This document shows positions 1 to 8,509 of a stretch of DNA of 54,000 nt, one piece after another. The stretch lies in contig JAFIGB010000312.1 in NCBI GenBank assembly GCA_020831705.1, positions 1 to 54,000 of the forward strand, given 5' to 3'. Below the pieces are notes generated by a model. That model had not been told where the DNA came from. It searched no databases and saw nothing but the letters and a program-made list of their open reading frames with translations. Source of the DNA: Candidatus Sumerlaeia bacterium (GTDB lineage: Bacteria; Sumerlaeota; Sumerlaeia; SLMS01). The stretch's first letter is position 1; every line of letters starts with the position of its first letter. Position numbers and translations under genes: made by a program.

Positions 1-771
1 ACGCCCGAGCCAACACCGGAACCCACCCCGACCCCGGAGCCGGAGCCGGAACCCACGCCCGAGGCATCGGCACTGACCGGTCTGCTCGACGCCCCGACAC
101 CGACGCCCGCCCCGGATCCCGTGCGTAGGTGGGAATATGACAGCGCCGGCATCATGCGGGTGGATCTCCCCGGCTTGACATACCCGGCCGCTGTATTAAC
201 GTGGGTCAACGAAACGCGGAACGAGAAATTGCTGGAGGGCGACTTGAAGGTGCTGCGCGAGAAGTCGGTCGAGGAGGTTGCCGCGTTGAAGCTGACATCG
301 GGTCGGCCCCCGCTTTACCTGCGGGAGGCCCGCCTTCCCGCCGCGCTGCACCTGATGCAGCCACGGCTCCTTCCCGCCATTATTCAGTCCGACAGTAATG
401 CGCCGGGCTTCGGCCCCTACTCGGTTCTCTTCTCCCTCAACGAGGAGGAGGCCGAGGTTCACGATCCCCGGACGGGTCGCCAGTTTGTTTCCATCGAGGT
501 CCTGGAGGACCATCTGACCGCCATCCATGTGCTGTTCTCCGATCCCTTTCAGGTGACGGGACTGCAGCGCCAGGACCGTGGTCCCCGGGTGGATGCCCTT
601 CAGGATCTTCTCCGTGAGATTGGTGTCTATCTGGCGGTGGAAAACAGCGGTACCTTCGATGCCACCACGGAAAGAGCAGTGCGCCGATTCCAGGAGGAAG
701 CCGGGCTTCCAGTCACTCCGGAAATCGACACCATGACTGCCTTCCATTTGATTCTGGAGGCTGCTCCATGA
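1..771 (+). CDS. Peptidoglycan-binding-domain protein, C-terminal part (possibly ExeA/GspA-like secretion accessory protein); 5' end outside window
   Basis: Frame +1 is open from base 1 (TPEPTPEPTPTPEPEPEPTP... Pro/Thr/Glu linker) to TGA 769-771, so the listed GTG at 121 is probably internal. The last ~60 aa (LQDLLREIGVYL..GTFDATTERAVRRFQEEAGLPVTPEIDTMT) fit the PG_binding_1 pattern. The stop overlaps the next start (ATGA 768-771). Confidence 0.6.
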   Translation, partial: TPEPTPEPTPTPEPEPEPTPEASALTGLLDAPTPTPAPDPVRRWEYDSAGIMRVDLPGLTYPAAVLTWVNETRNEKLLEGDLKVLREKSVEEVAALKLTSGRPPLYLREARLPAALHLMQPRLLPAIIQSDSNAPGFGPYSVLFSLNEEEAEVHDPRTGRQFVSIEVLEDHLTAIHVLFSDPFQVTGLQRQDRGPRVDALQDLLREIGVYLAVENSGTFDATTERAVRRFQEEAGLPVTPEIDTMTAFHLILEAAP

Positions 772-1475
772 GTTCGATCCTTGATGCCCTCGAAAAAGCC
801 CGCCGTGAGCGGGAGGCCCGCCAGGGCGAGGCCCAACCCGCGGGGGGTGAAGCTGGTGGTACGGCGACCTCATCGCCCATGACCCCCGCCGCCCAATCCC
901 ATCGCCTTGTCTATATGCTCATCGCCCTGATCATCATTGTGGTGCTCTTCGCGGGTATATCCATCGCCGCCGTTGTGTGGCTGGTTTCCGGCGATCGCAA
1001 TGGAGGGTCCGACCAGACCGTGGCCATGATTGCCCCCGTTCCCGTCGAGGCTCCCGAGGCAACACCAACACCCACTCCGGAACCGACCCCGTCGCCAACA
1101 CCGCAGCCCACACCAAGTCCCACACCGCAACCCACGGCCACTCCCCAGCCGACACCGACGCCATGGCCGTCCCCCACACCGTGGCCCAGCCCGACATCGC
1201 CTCCCCCGCCAACGGAAACACCCCGCCCCGAGGAAACACCGGTGCCACGGGAAGGTTACGCGGCCCTTTTCAAGACGGGCGACATCGTCCCCTCCCATCG
1301 CATTGGCCTTGAAGTTACGGGGATTATGGAGATGTCGTCGGGCAATATAGCCATCATCAACGACCGCCACATCCGTCCCGGACAAAAGGTGGGCGATCTG
1401 CATATCATCGAAATCAACATGAGCCACCTGGTTGTGGATCTCGGCGACGGTGTCGTGGTCAACGTGACCTACTGA
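768..1475 (+). CDS. GspB-like (type II secretion assembly factor B family) membrane-anchored protein
   Basis: N-terminal MSSILDALEKARRERE motif typical of GspB/ExeB. One TM helix (LVYMLIALIIIVVLFAGISIAAVVWLV), a long TPxPTP linker, and a C-terminal GLEVTGIM..IAIINDRHIRPGQKVGDLHIIEI segment resembling the T2SSB domain. Translationally coupled to the upstream PG-binding ORF. Confidence 0.55.
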   Translation: MSSILDALEKARREREARQGEAQPAGGEAGGTATSSPMTPAAQSHRLVYMLIALIIIVVLFAGISIAAVVWLVSGDRNGGSDQTVAMIAPVPVEAPEATPTPTPEPTPSPTPQPTPSPTPQPTATPQPTPTPWPSPTPWPSPTSPPPPTETPRPEETPVPREGYAALFKTGDIVPSHRIGLEVTGIMEMSSGNIAIINDRHIRPGQKVGDLHIIEINMSHLVVDLGDGVVVNVTY

Positions 1476-4400
1476 CCGGCGGTGACCCGGCCCGCCAATC
1501 GGATTCCCGTCCCATCCAGATAGAGCAGCGCCGTTGATCCCGCCACGCCTCCCAACGCCAGAAAATCCGTGCCAACAAGATATCCCGGCGATTCCATTCT
1601 TGTTGGCATTTCCCCATCCTCCTCAATAACGTGGGAGCAAATCAGGCTTCCATCCGGCTCCAGAACAAGCCACGCCCCACCGTCCGGCGCCCGCAGGGAA
1701 AGACCGCCGTCCATGCCAACGGTCACACCCGGGGGAGGATCCCCGCTGTCGACGGTGATGGCCCCATGTATATACAAGTTTCCGGACGCATCAAGGCTAC
1801 CCAGGTGTCCTTCGCCAACGAGGAGTACAAGACCACCATCCGCGAGCCACCTGCCAAAGGCATCCTCCCCCACCATGACTGGCATCCAAAAACGGACGCT
1901 CCCAATCTCCTGCCCGAGAACGCCATCCCCAAGTTCCACGCCGGTCACCTCGCCAAGTGCCCTCCAGGGAGGAACAGGGGAGGTGGGCAGCCGCAGGACA
2001 GGATCATCACCCGGTGACAGGCGCTCCATGGAGATCATTCCCGACTCCACATGACCCGTGGATATTGCCCGGGATTCAAGGGCGCGGACCAAATGCCCCG
2101 AACCGGAAAGGAGCCAGCGCAACGCAGGCGATGGCGGTACCCCATGGACAATGGAGGCGTCCAATGCGATACCGTCATGGCGTATCAATCGATGGGCACC
2201 CAGCGACTGGGAAGGATGCACGGCACGGGTGGAGAACCCCGGTTGATAGACACTTCCGCCAGGTAGCTTCACCCCGGGCGATTGGGCGGGATCCGGTGTA
2301 TAGACATCGAACCGCCACTTCCCCGTCCACCAGCGCAGGCCAAGAAGCCCCTCGGCAAGGGCCGTCTCCATGGCATCGGACACCGCATCCGCCCCCTGAA
2401 TGACGGCTCCAAACCCCATGTGGCGTGCGGTGCCGGCATCCCGGGCATCATCCACGGACGATTCGTCGAGATTCCCGCCATCCAAGCCCCCAAGCAGGGG
2501 ATCCATCAGCATGGAAACGATGGCATCTGCCGGGTTGGCGAGGCCGCCGTTGCCGACTCCACGACCCGCGACAAGGGCATGGATGGAGGTGGATGGCGCC
2601 ACCGATGTTGCGGGACGCAGTTCAGCCACCCACTGGACATCACGCAGGCGCAACGTCCAGGGACTGCCGGGCGACACCCCGGCGAGGACAAACCGAATCC
2701 ACGGACTTCCACCGTCGGGGCCAAGAAAGGCCATCCCCTCCCCTTCCTCCAGCAGGTGGGTAACCTCCAGACGGCCACGAAAGGCGACGATGGGCATGGT
2801 GGCCAGCGCCGTGACTGAAAGAGGGGAGGAAACGCCGACGGGTGCGGGCGGGGCAGCGCCACGGACCTCCAACGACGGTGTTTCAATGAACACATCCCCG
2901 CCGTCGGGAAGCTCCACCGCATATTCGGCGGCCGCATTTGTATAGTCAGCCCGATCCACAGGATTTGTCGGCTCCAGAACAAAAAAAAGGAGCTCCGTGC
3001 TGTCGGCTCCGACGGTGAAAATGTCCTCGTCGGCAACCATTCCATCAATCTTGATGCGCAGACGTATATCCACGGGGTCGGCATCATCCCTGTTGGTGAT
3101 ACGCATCGACAGGCGAATCCTGTCGACCTGCTCCGGGAGGTTTTCATTCGTCTGGATTCCACAAGAAATGCCCACCTCCGTGGATTGGTTAATTCCGTAT
3201 CCCTGCCGGTGTATATCGCCGATGATTTCCGAGTGAATGGCCCAGGAGCCGTCCAGCACCATGGGTGTCGATGGGGCGCGGTGCCAGCGTATATAAAAAC
3301 CGTCGTCCTTGTCGGGAACATCGGCACTCCCCGCTGCCGGGGCATCCTCCAGGCGGTACCCCTGGCCAATATTGATCATGGCCACCCGGCTTCCCTTCCC
3401 CACCATGACCTGCAGCTGGCCGCCGTCCTCCCAGAAGGCGCTTTCCGTGAAGTAAAACTCAAGGAACAGGCGCTCAACGAGGGCGTGGCGACGGTTCCCG
3501 ATGGATTGGTCCTTCGTATAGATGGCTTCCAATGTGTCACTTCCATGCTGCAAAAGCGCCCCCGCGCTCGCCACCTGGGCCGGGAAGGCATTGTTCCCAC
3601 CGAAGGAGCTGTTTTCTCCGGTGAGGCTCCAGCTCCCCTGGCCGTCACGGAGCGGTGTCTCGACGGAATCCCGCCCATGGAGAACACGAAGGGGGAGCGC
3701 ATCACGGGTGAAAAGCAACCAGTCGCGTCCGCCAGCATCCTCCTGCTCCACGGTGCCATCGACAATGGGACCGGACTCCAAATCGTCCATCCGTGTTTCC
3801 TCCACCGAGCCCGGATGATCGGCAACACACCAGCGAAGTGGCGTTTCGGAAAGGCGCAATACGGAGGCACCCCGTGGATGTTCCCGCGGCGCCGGGCGGG
3901 TCACAAATTGCAGGCGATCGGGATGTTCCATGTCCCATGTATATCCAATGACTTCGTCCTGAATCTGCACGGTCCCTTCGGGTGGCCAGGAAACCGGCCG
4001 AAGAAGAAGCGCCTCCGTCGCAGCGACGTCAATATCCTCCCCAAGTTGACCCCGTTCCACATGGAAAAGGGGAACACCATGTACCCACATCGTCCCAAAC
4101 ACCTGGGGAAGCAAGCGGTCATCCGAAAGGTCGGCAATGAATTGGGAGCGGCGGCGACAGAGGGGCCTTCCTCCGTTTGGGTAACCGTGATGAAAACGAA
4201 GTACCCACACCATGTCTTGACGCCGGATCTCGTGAAGGCGACCGATACAGATTTCAATCCATTCTGCATCGGGTTCGACACGGAGCGAAAGCACCGCCAT
4301 TACCGGAAGTGCCTTCTCCACCCCCGCCAGCAGCAACAGCGTGGGGAGCTCCTGATCCGTGGCGAGCTTGACGGTGAATTCCCCCCGGAGCGTACGCCGA

Positions 4401-4528
4401 ATGGTGTCAGGGAATCCAAATCCCTGGCGGACCTTCATGGTGGGATGACCCAGAAATCCCTCGGGTTCGACCACAAATTCCCCTCCGGGCCAGACAAGGG
4501 TCAATTTCCATGCTGGCTCCATCATCAT
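1469..4528 (-). CDS. Phage tail / host-specificity-like large protein (1019 aa)
   Basis: Long ORF with an ATGATGATG start overlapping the upstream stop and preceded by a GGAGGA SD. The internal segment NPADAIVSMLMDPLLGGLDGGNLDESSVDDARDAG..GFGAVIQGADAVSDAMETALAEGLLGLRWWTGKW resembles the 'putative phage tail protein' (Phage-tail_3, lambda J / GTA g15-like) domain. The rest is not recognised. Confidence 0.55.
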   Translation of the reverse strand: MMMEPAWKLTLVWPGGEFVVEPEGFLGHPTMKVRQGFGFPDTIRRTLRGEFTVKLATDQELPTLLLLAGVEKALPVMAVLSLRVEPDAEWIEICIGRLHEIRRQDMVWVLRFHHGYPNGGRPLCRRRSQFIADLSDDRLLPQVFGTMWVHGVPLFHVERGQLGEDIDVAATEALLLRPVSWPPEGTVQIQDEVIGYTWDMEHPDRLQFVTRPAPREHPRGASVLRLSETPLRWCVADHPGSVEETRMDDLESGPIVDGTVEQEDAGGRDWLLFTRDALPLRVLHGRDSVETPLRDGQGSWSLTGENSSFGGNNAFPAQVASAGALLQHGSDTLEAIYTKDQSIGNRRHALVERLFLEFYFTESAFWEDGGQLQVMVGKGSRVAMINIGQGYRLEDAPAAGSADVPDKDDGFYIRWHRAPSTPMVLDGSWAIHSEIIGDIHRQGYGINQSTEVGISCGIQTNENLPEQVDRIRLSMRITNRDDADPVDIRLRIKIDGMVADEDIFTVGADSTELLFFVLEPTNPVDRADYTNAAAEYAVELPDGGDVFIETPSLEVRGAAPPAPVGVSSPLSVTALATMPIVAFRGRLEVTHLLEEGEGMAFLGPDGGSPWIRFVLAGVSPGSPWTLRLRDVQWVAELRPATSVAPSTSIHALVAGRGVGNGGLANPADAIVSMLMDPLLGGLDGGNLDESSVDDARDAGTARHMGFGAVIQGADAVSDAMETALAEGLLGLRWWTGKWRFDVYTPDPAQSPGVKLPGGSVYQPGFSTRAVHPSQSLGAHRLIRHDGIALDASIVHGVPPSPALRWLLSGSGHLVRALESRAISTGHVESGMISMERLSPGDDPVLRLPTSPVPPWRALGEVTGVELGDGVLGQEIGSVRFWMPVMVGEDAFGRWLADGGLVLLVGEGHLGSLDASGNLYIHGAITVDSGDPPPGVTVGMDGGLSLRAPDGGAWLVLEPDGSLICSHVIEEDGEMPTRMESPGYLVGTDFLALGGVAGSTALLYLDGTGIRLAGRVTAGQ

Positions 4529-5493
4529 TCCTCCTGATTCAGAAAAGGATCAAAACTTTCCAGATGATTGGCGTCCCACTCGATGACAAGCCCATCCCGC
4601 TCCCCCGCCTCCAACCTCAATAGGGAACCCTCACGCAATCCACCATGGGGCGTGACGAGGAGGAACGACTGGCGGTCCTTTCTTTCGCGAAGGAACGCCT
4701 CCACGCCCTCCTGTATATTCTTCCGGCATGGATATACATGCCAGTGCACCCGTTCCCGCCATTGGCCGAGGAGCACTTGATGGCGATTCCCCCCAAGGTC
4801 ACGAAGGTTCCTCGACCATTCCTCCGGCGCGACAACACGCTTCTCCCGGATACCCCTCCCCAGTTCCACGCCATCCCCAAGTGTATAGATCACGGTGCCT
4901 GATTCCAGGGGGCGAACAAGTGGCTGTTCCAGGTGCAGGACACCATCTCCAGCAGTCATTTTCCCCGGGGACCACGCCCCACCATTGGCAATGACCCCGG
5001 TCATTTCCTCCCCGTCAATACCCTCCAGAATTGTGAAGGCTGTAATTTCATCGTTCCCCTCGGGCACTTTCTCATCCAACTCGAAGGCGGGCGAGGCTTG
5101 TGTGTATATACCTGCCGGGCGTTGAGCAGTGCCCGGGAAATGGGTGACAAGGTCAAGAATGATCCCCCGCACCAGCGGGTCGCCATCATGGCGCCGAAAG
5201 GCCTCAACCAGGGCGAAACCTGCCTCCAGTGCATCCGTGAGCTTGATCGCCGCCCGGACAAGTTCCTCCTCCTGGAAAGCGACCGACAATTCAAGGGACC
5301 AGGCCATGGTGCCATCCCGACGGAGCCCCCCCGTGAGCAAACGCGCCTCGGGAAGCCTGCGAATTCCCTCCTTCGACGCCTGCACACCCGGTTGCAGGCT
5401 TGCAAGAACATGCCAGCCGGGGAGGCATTCCCTGATGGCGTCGAGAAGGTGCTCCTTCATGTCCAGAATGTCATGCAAATCGGTGAATGGCAT
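4525..5493 (-). CDS. Phage neck/virion-associated hypothetical protein (322 aa)
   Basis: ATG at 5493 lies 6 nt after the DUF1320 stop, and the stop overlaps the next start (ATGA). It occupies the position of Mu gp37-type (DUF1834-like) neck proteins, but the sequence itself is not recognised. Confidence 0.5.
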   Translation of the reverse strand: MPFTDLHDILDMKEHLLDAIRECLPGWHVLASLQPGVQASKEGIRRLPEARLLTGGLRRDGTMAWSLELSVAFQEEELVRAAIKLTDALEAGFALVEAFRRHDGDPLVRGIILDLVTHFPGTAQRPAGIYTQASPAFELDEKVPEGNDEITAFTILEGIDGEEMTGVIANGGAWSPGKMTAGDGVLHLEQPLVRPLESGTVIYTLGDGVELGRGIREKRVVAPEEWSRNLRDLGGNRHQVLLGQWRERVHWHVYPCRKNIQEGVEAFLRERKDRQSFLLVTPHGGLREGSLLRLEAGERDGLVIEWDANHLESFDPFLNQEE

Positions 5494-5499
5494 GGGTGG

Positions 5500-5910
5500 T
5501 CACCATTTTCTCAGGATGGGGTTGCGGCGTGGGGGTGGTGTGTTTGTTCCATCCACACGCCTCCCTGGTGTATATCCGGGAACGGGATGGCGCCCCGCTG
5601 CCATTTCCTCCAGGATTTTCCGTGTTCGTACCGCACGTTCCGACCAATGCCCGGGAATCATTTCCCGCCGCCGATGAAAGAGATACTCGACGGCGAGCGT
5701 CACCGCATGGTCGACAAGGATTGGGTGGAGCACGGCGGATTCGTCTATACAATGGGGGGCAAGCATGGCACGCACCTCCCGTTCCCCGGATTCCAGGGCG
5801 CCCTGCAACACGTCAGGGCCGGGAAGGCCGGGATCGCCATCCTCGGAAAGCGCCGCGAGAACATCCGCCGACAAGGCCGACAGCAATTTTGCGGAGGAAA
5901 TCATCATCAT
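5500..5910 (-). CDS. DUF1320 (Mu gp36-like) head-tail connector protein
   Basis: MMMISSAKLLSALSADVLAALSEDGD...VLQGALESGEREVRAMLAPH...HAVTLAVEYLFHRRR...RKILEEMAAGR fits the DUF1320 pattern. I prefer the ATG cluster at 5904-5910, which has an AAAGGA SD, over the ORF-track start at 6015, which would overlap the capsid gene. Confidence 0.65.
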   Translation of the reverse strand: MMMISSAKLLSALSADVLAALSEDGDPGLPGPDVLQGALESGEREVRAMLAPHCIDESAVLHPILVDHAVTLAVEYLFHRRREMIPGHWSERAVRTRKILEEMAAGRHPVPGYTPGRRVDGTNTPPPRRNPILRKW

Positions 5911-5980
5911 TCCTTTCAGGGGAAACCGGGGATGCCATGGGAGCACCCCCGGTGGATTGCTCAATGGATTGCAGGTGGGA

Positions 5981-6922
5981 TCAGGAAACCGCGTTGCGCA
6001 GGATATACCCCGCACCCGGGGCGACGATCTTCTGGTCGTAATACTTCTGGACCCGGATCATAGTGGCCTTGCGGCGTTCCTCGCGCCAGGTCTGGACGCT
6101 GCTCCCGCGGCTGCTGCCAAGGGCCTGCCCCCAGATGAACGTCAACGCCGGGGCAACCATCTTGAGCGACGGGCGCTGCGGCACGTGAAGAAGGAGGACA
6201 TCATCACCCCAGATCGGCGCGAGATCCGGTTCCTGGCCCCGGGGAGCCACGTTCTGGAAGGCGCGTGCCACGAGGACCTTTTCGACGTCGAACAGTTCCG
6301 CCAGGACACCGGTCCCCACGACCCCGAGGCTTGAATACTTCACGCGCTCGACGATCTTCGGGTGGTTGCGGGCAACTGTATAGACGGAATGGGGAAGCAC
6401 GAGCACATTCGGCACGGCCTGCACCGCGGCGAGAATCGCATCCCGCCCCTCCTCGATCTGGGCCACGGGATCCACGCTGCTGTCATTCCAATCCTGCCCC
6501 GTCTGCCCAAGATCCACCCCGGGAAGGTTCCCCGGTTTGCGAAGAACCCCGGCAAGGTTTGCCTCCTGGTTGAGGAGAATCTTTTCGGTGAGAAATTCCA
6601 CGCGCTCAACCTGGGGCTGGAGGGGCGCATCGGCATTTTCCCGCTCCTCATCGGGGAGGGCGGATTCCAGGGCGTGATCGCTGCAGTAATACGAGTCCGA
6701 ACTGAGGGCGAAATCCACCTCGGTGGCCTCGGTCCCGGGAGCACGACCGTCCCACGTGGACCGGATCGTCTCCCGTTCGGGATCATGGATGAAGTAGCGG
6801 TCGCTTTGCTTGCGGACGCTGACCTCCGGGGCCAGTTCCCGGGCAATGAAGCCCGGATTGCGGTAGGCGATGCTCACGTTGGTGAGCGCAACATCGTAGT
6901 GGACGCTGTGAACGTCGGGCAT
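5981..6922 (-). CDS. HK97-fold major capsid protein (transposable-phage / capsid E type)
   Basis: N-terminus ...ALTNVSIAYRNPGFIARELAPEVSVRKQSDRYFIHD...RAPGTEATEVDF is the signature I associate with this major capsid family. Length is 313 aa. ATG 6922 is preceded by an AGGAAGG SD. It sits between decoration-like and connector genes. Confidence 0.75.
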   Translation of the reverse strand: MPDVHSVHYDVALTNVSIAYRNPGFIARELAPEVSVRKQSDRYFIHDPERETIRSTWDGRAPGTEATEVDFALSSDSYYCSDHALESALPDEERENADAPLQPQVERVEFLTEKILLNQEANLAGVLRKPGNLPGVDLGQTGQDWNDSSVDPVAQIEEGRDAILAAVQAVPNVLVLPHSVYTVARNHPKIVERVKYSSLGVVGTGVLAELFDVEKVLVARAFQNVAPRGQEPDLAPIWGDDVLLLHVPQRPSLKMVAPALTFIWGQALGSSRGSSVQTWREERRKATMIRVQKYYDQKIVAPGAGYILRNAVS

Positions 6923-6962
6923 TGTATATACCTTCCTTTCAGGTTTTCGTGAAGGGTTTCAA

Positions 6963-7646
6963 TCAACCGGCGAGATAGACATCGAAAATGTCACCAGCGC
7001 CGGAGGCACCATTTTCCGCGATGCCGATGGGGAAGCGTGTCTCGGGGAGGTTTTCCACCTGGAGAATCGCCGGAGCGACGATGCCGCTTCCAGTGCTTCC
7101 CGTCTCCGCATCCACATGGATCAAGGCAGCCAGGTCGTCGTCGGCCTCGATTTCCGCAATGAGCGAGGCCGCCGTCTGGATGACCTCGATTTCGTCGTGC
7201 TCAAGAACCAGACGGAGCGCGCCGCCGGTGAAGGACCAGGAAAAGGGCGCCGATTCGCCCGGGTCGTGGAGTTCCAGCGCAAGCCCCGCTGCAAAGTTTC
7301 CACGGTCGGCCCAGTGAAAAATCAGTGAGTTGTTCCCGCCGGCACTTCCGGTGCTCCAGCGGGGAAGCGGGCAACGCCCCAGGTGCCCCAGGTCGTTCAC
7401 CACACGGACGCGATCCCCACGGTCGATAATGCCGGTGGAAATGGCCCCGGTAATACCCAGGCGACGGACGGCAACGAATGCCCCCTCGCGGGGCTGGGAG
7501 TAGGTCGTGATGCCGAGGATGTGGGGATCGTCGGGGGTCGCAATGCGGCAGGTCCCCTCCCCCTCGGTGGCGACAACGGCAACACCCGCGTCAACACCCC
7601 CCTCGTTGAGAATGCGATACGCCTTGTCGAGGACGTAATTGGACAT
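6963..7646 (-). CDS. DUF2190-like capsid accessory/decoration protein (227 aa)
   Basis: Internal ATG at 7646 has a GGAGG SD 8 nt upstream, whereas the longer ORF start (7790) overlaps the protease gene. The N-terminal ~100 aa (AGVAVVATEGEGTCRIATPDDPHILGITTY..FVAVRRLGITGAI) resemble the DUF2190 beta-rich fold. Position between protease and capsid is typical. Confidence 0.45.
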   Translation of the reverse strand: MSNYVLDKAYRILNEGGVDAGVAVVATEGEGTCRIATPDDPHILGITTYSQPREGAFVAVRRLGITGAISTGIIDRGDRVRVVNDLGHLGRCPLPRWSTGSAGGNNSLIFHWADRGNFAAGLALELHDPGESAPFSWSFTGGALRLVLEHDEIEVIQTAASLIAEIEADDDLAALIHVDAETGSTGSGIVAPAILQVENLPETRFPIGIAENGASGAGDIFDVYLAG

Positions 7647-7678
7647 GATGATCAAGCCTCCATCGTGTATAGATTGAT

Positions 7679-8458
7679 TTACGTGGTGGCGCCAAGGAGC
7701 GCCGTTCGGTAGTCGAGTTCGGGGTTTTGCGCCATGAGGCCAAGGGCACGGAGGTGGGCCTCGGCGGAGGCCGGTTCGGAGACGCCGCACAACCCCGCCG
7801 AAAAGGATGCCGTCGCCTCCGTCATGATCTCCTCCCGCGCACCCGGTGTTACGGGAACGGGAGGAACGGACAACACGGCAACAAGGCGGTTGCGGGCTTC
7901 ATCGCCGGGGAGATGGGCGAAAAGGTCGAAGACCCCTTCCTCCTCCCAGCGCGGGTTCCAGGTGCCCGCCTCCTCCAGCGACTTGCGGATGGCGCCGCGA
8001 TCCACTTCCGCTTCCGGCACCGGCTCGGTTTCGAGGGTAAACGAGACAATGTCGGCCTCATCGGTGGAAAAGGCGGGATCGGCAAGACCGCTTACCCGGG
8101 GCGTTGCCGCGCCAAGAAAGCTGACCGCCTTGAGGTATGGCGCTCCGGTGTCACGAAAACGGCGGAAAAGCTCGACGCTTCGCTTGCGAAAGGCACCGGA
8201 CCGAACGGCCTCCACAAGGGCGGGGCTGAGACGCCCGAGCCGTGCCACCAGCCGGTCGCCAACGACCTTCAACCCCGCAACCCAGCCATGGGCGGGACCA
8301 TCCTGGGCGTGGTCGATGGTCACCGGCGCCTCGTGGAGGTCCGGGTTGTAGTTACCGGCAACACGGGCCAGGTCGTCATCTGTATAGACGCCCCGGGCAC
8401 CATAATCGCCGCTTCGGAAGACCTCAATTTCGAGTTCATCCTCGTTTGGATTCACCAT
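7679..8458 (-). CDS. Mu gpI-like head maturation protease/scaffold
   Basis: ATG 8458 with an AAAGGAG SD. N-terminal ...VFRSGDYGARGVYTDDDLARVAGNYNP..APVTIDHAQDGPAHGWVAGLKV resembles the Mu-like prophage I protein family. It lies immediately downstream of the portal gene. Confidence 0.6.
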   Translation of the reverse strand: MVNPNEDELEIEVFRSGDYGARGVYTDDDLARVAGNYNPDLHEAPVTIDHAQDGPAHGWVAGLKVVGDRLVARLGRLSPALVEAVRSGAFRKRSVELFRRFRDTGAPYLKAVSFLGAATPRVSGLADPAFSTDEADIVSFTLETEPVPEAEVDRGAIRKSLEEAGTWNPRWEEEGVFDLFAHLPGDEARNRLVAVLSVPPVPVTPGAREEIMTEATASFSAGLCGVSEPASAEAHLRALGLMAQNPELDYRTALLGATT

Positions 8459-8509
8459 CTGAATCTCCTTTCCTGAATTTGGGCCTTTGTTGTGTGGGAA
8501 ACGGGCCGT

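Noticed and set aside
1766-1779. Many TATA-containing strings inside genes (for example CATGTATATACAAG) as possible promoters.
   Set aside because: They are in-frame Tyr/Ile codon combinations within long ORFs and have no matching -35 elements. They are treated under the over-represented-word finding instead.
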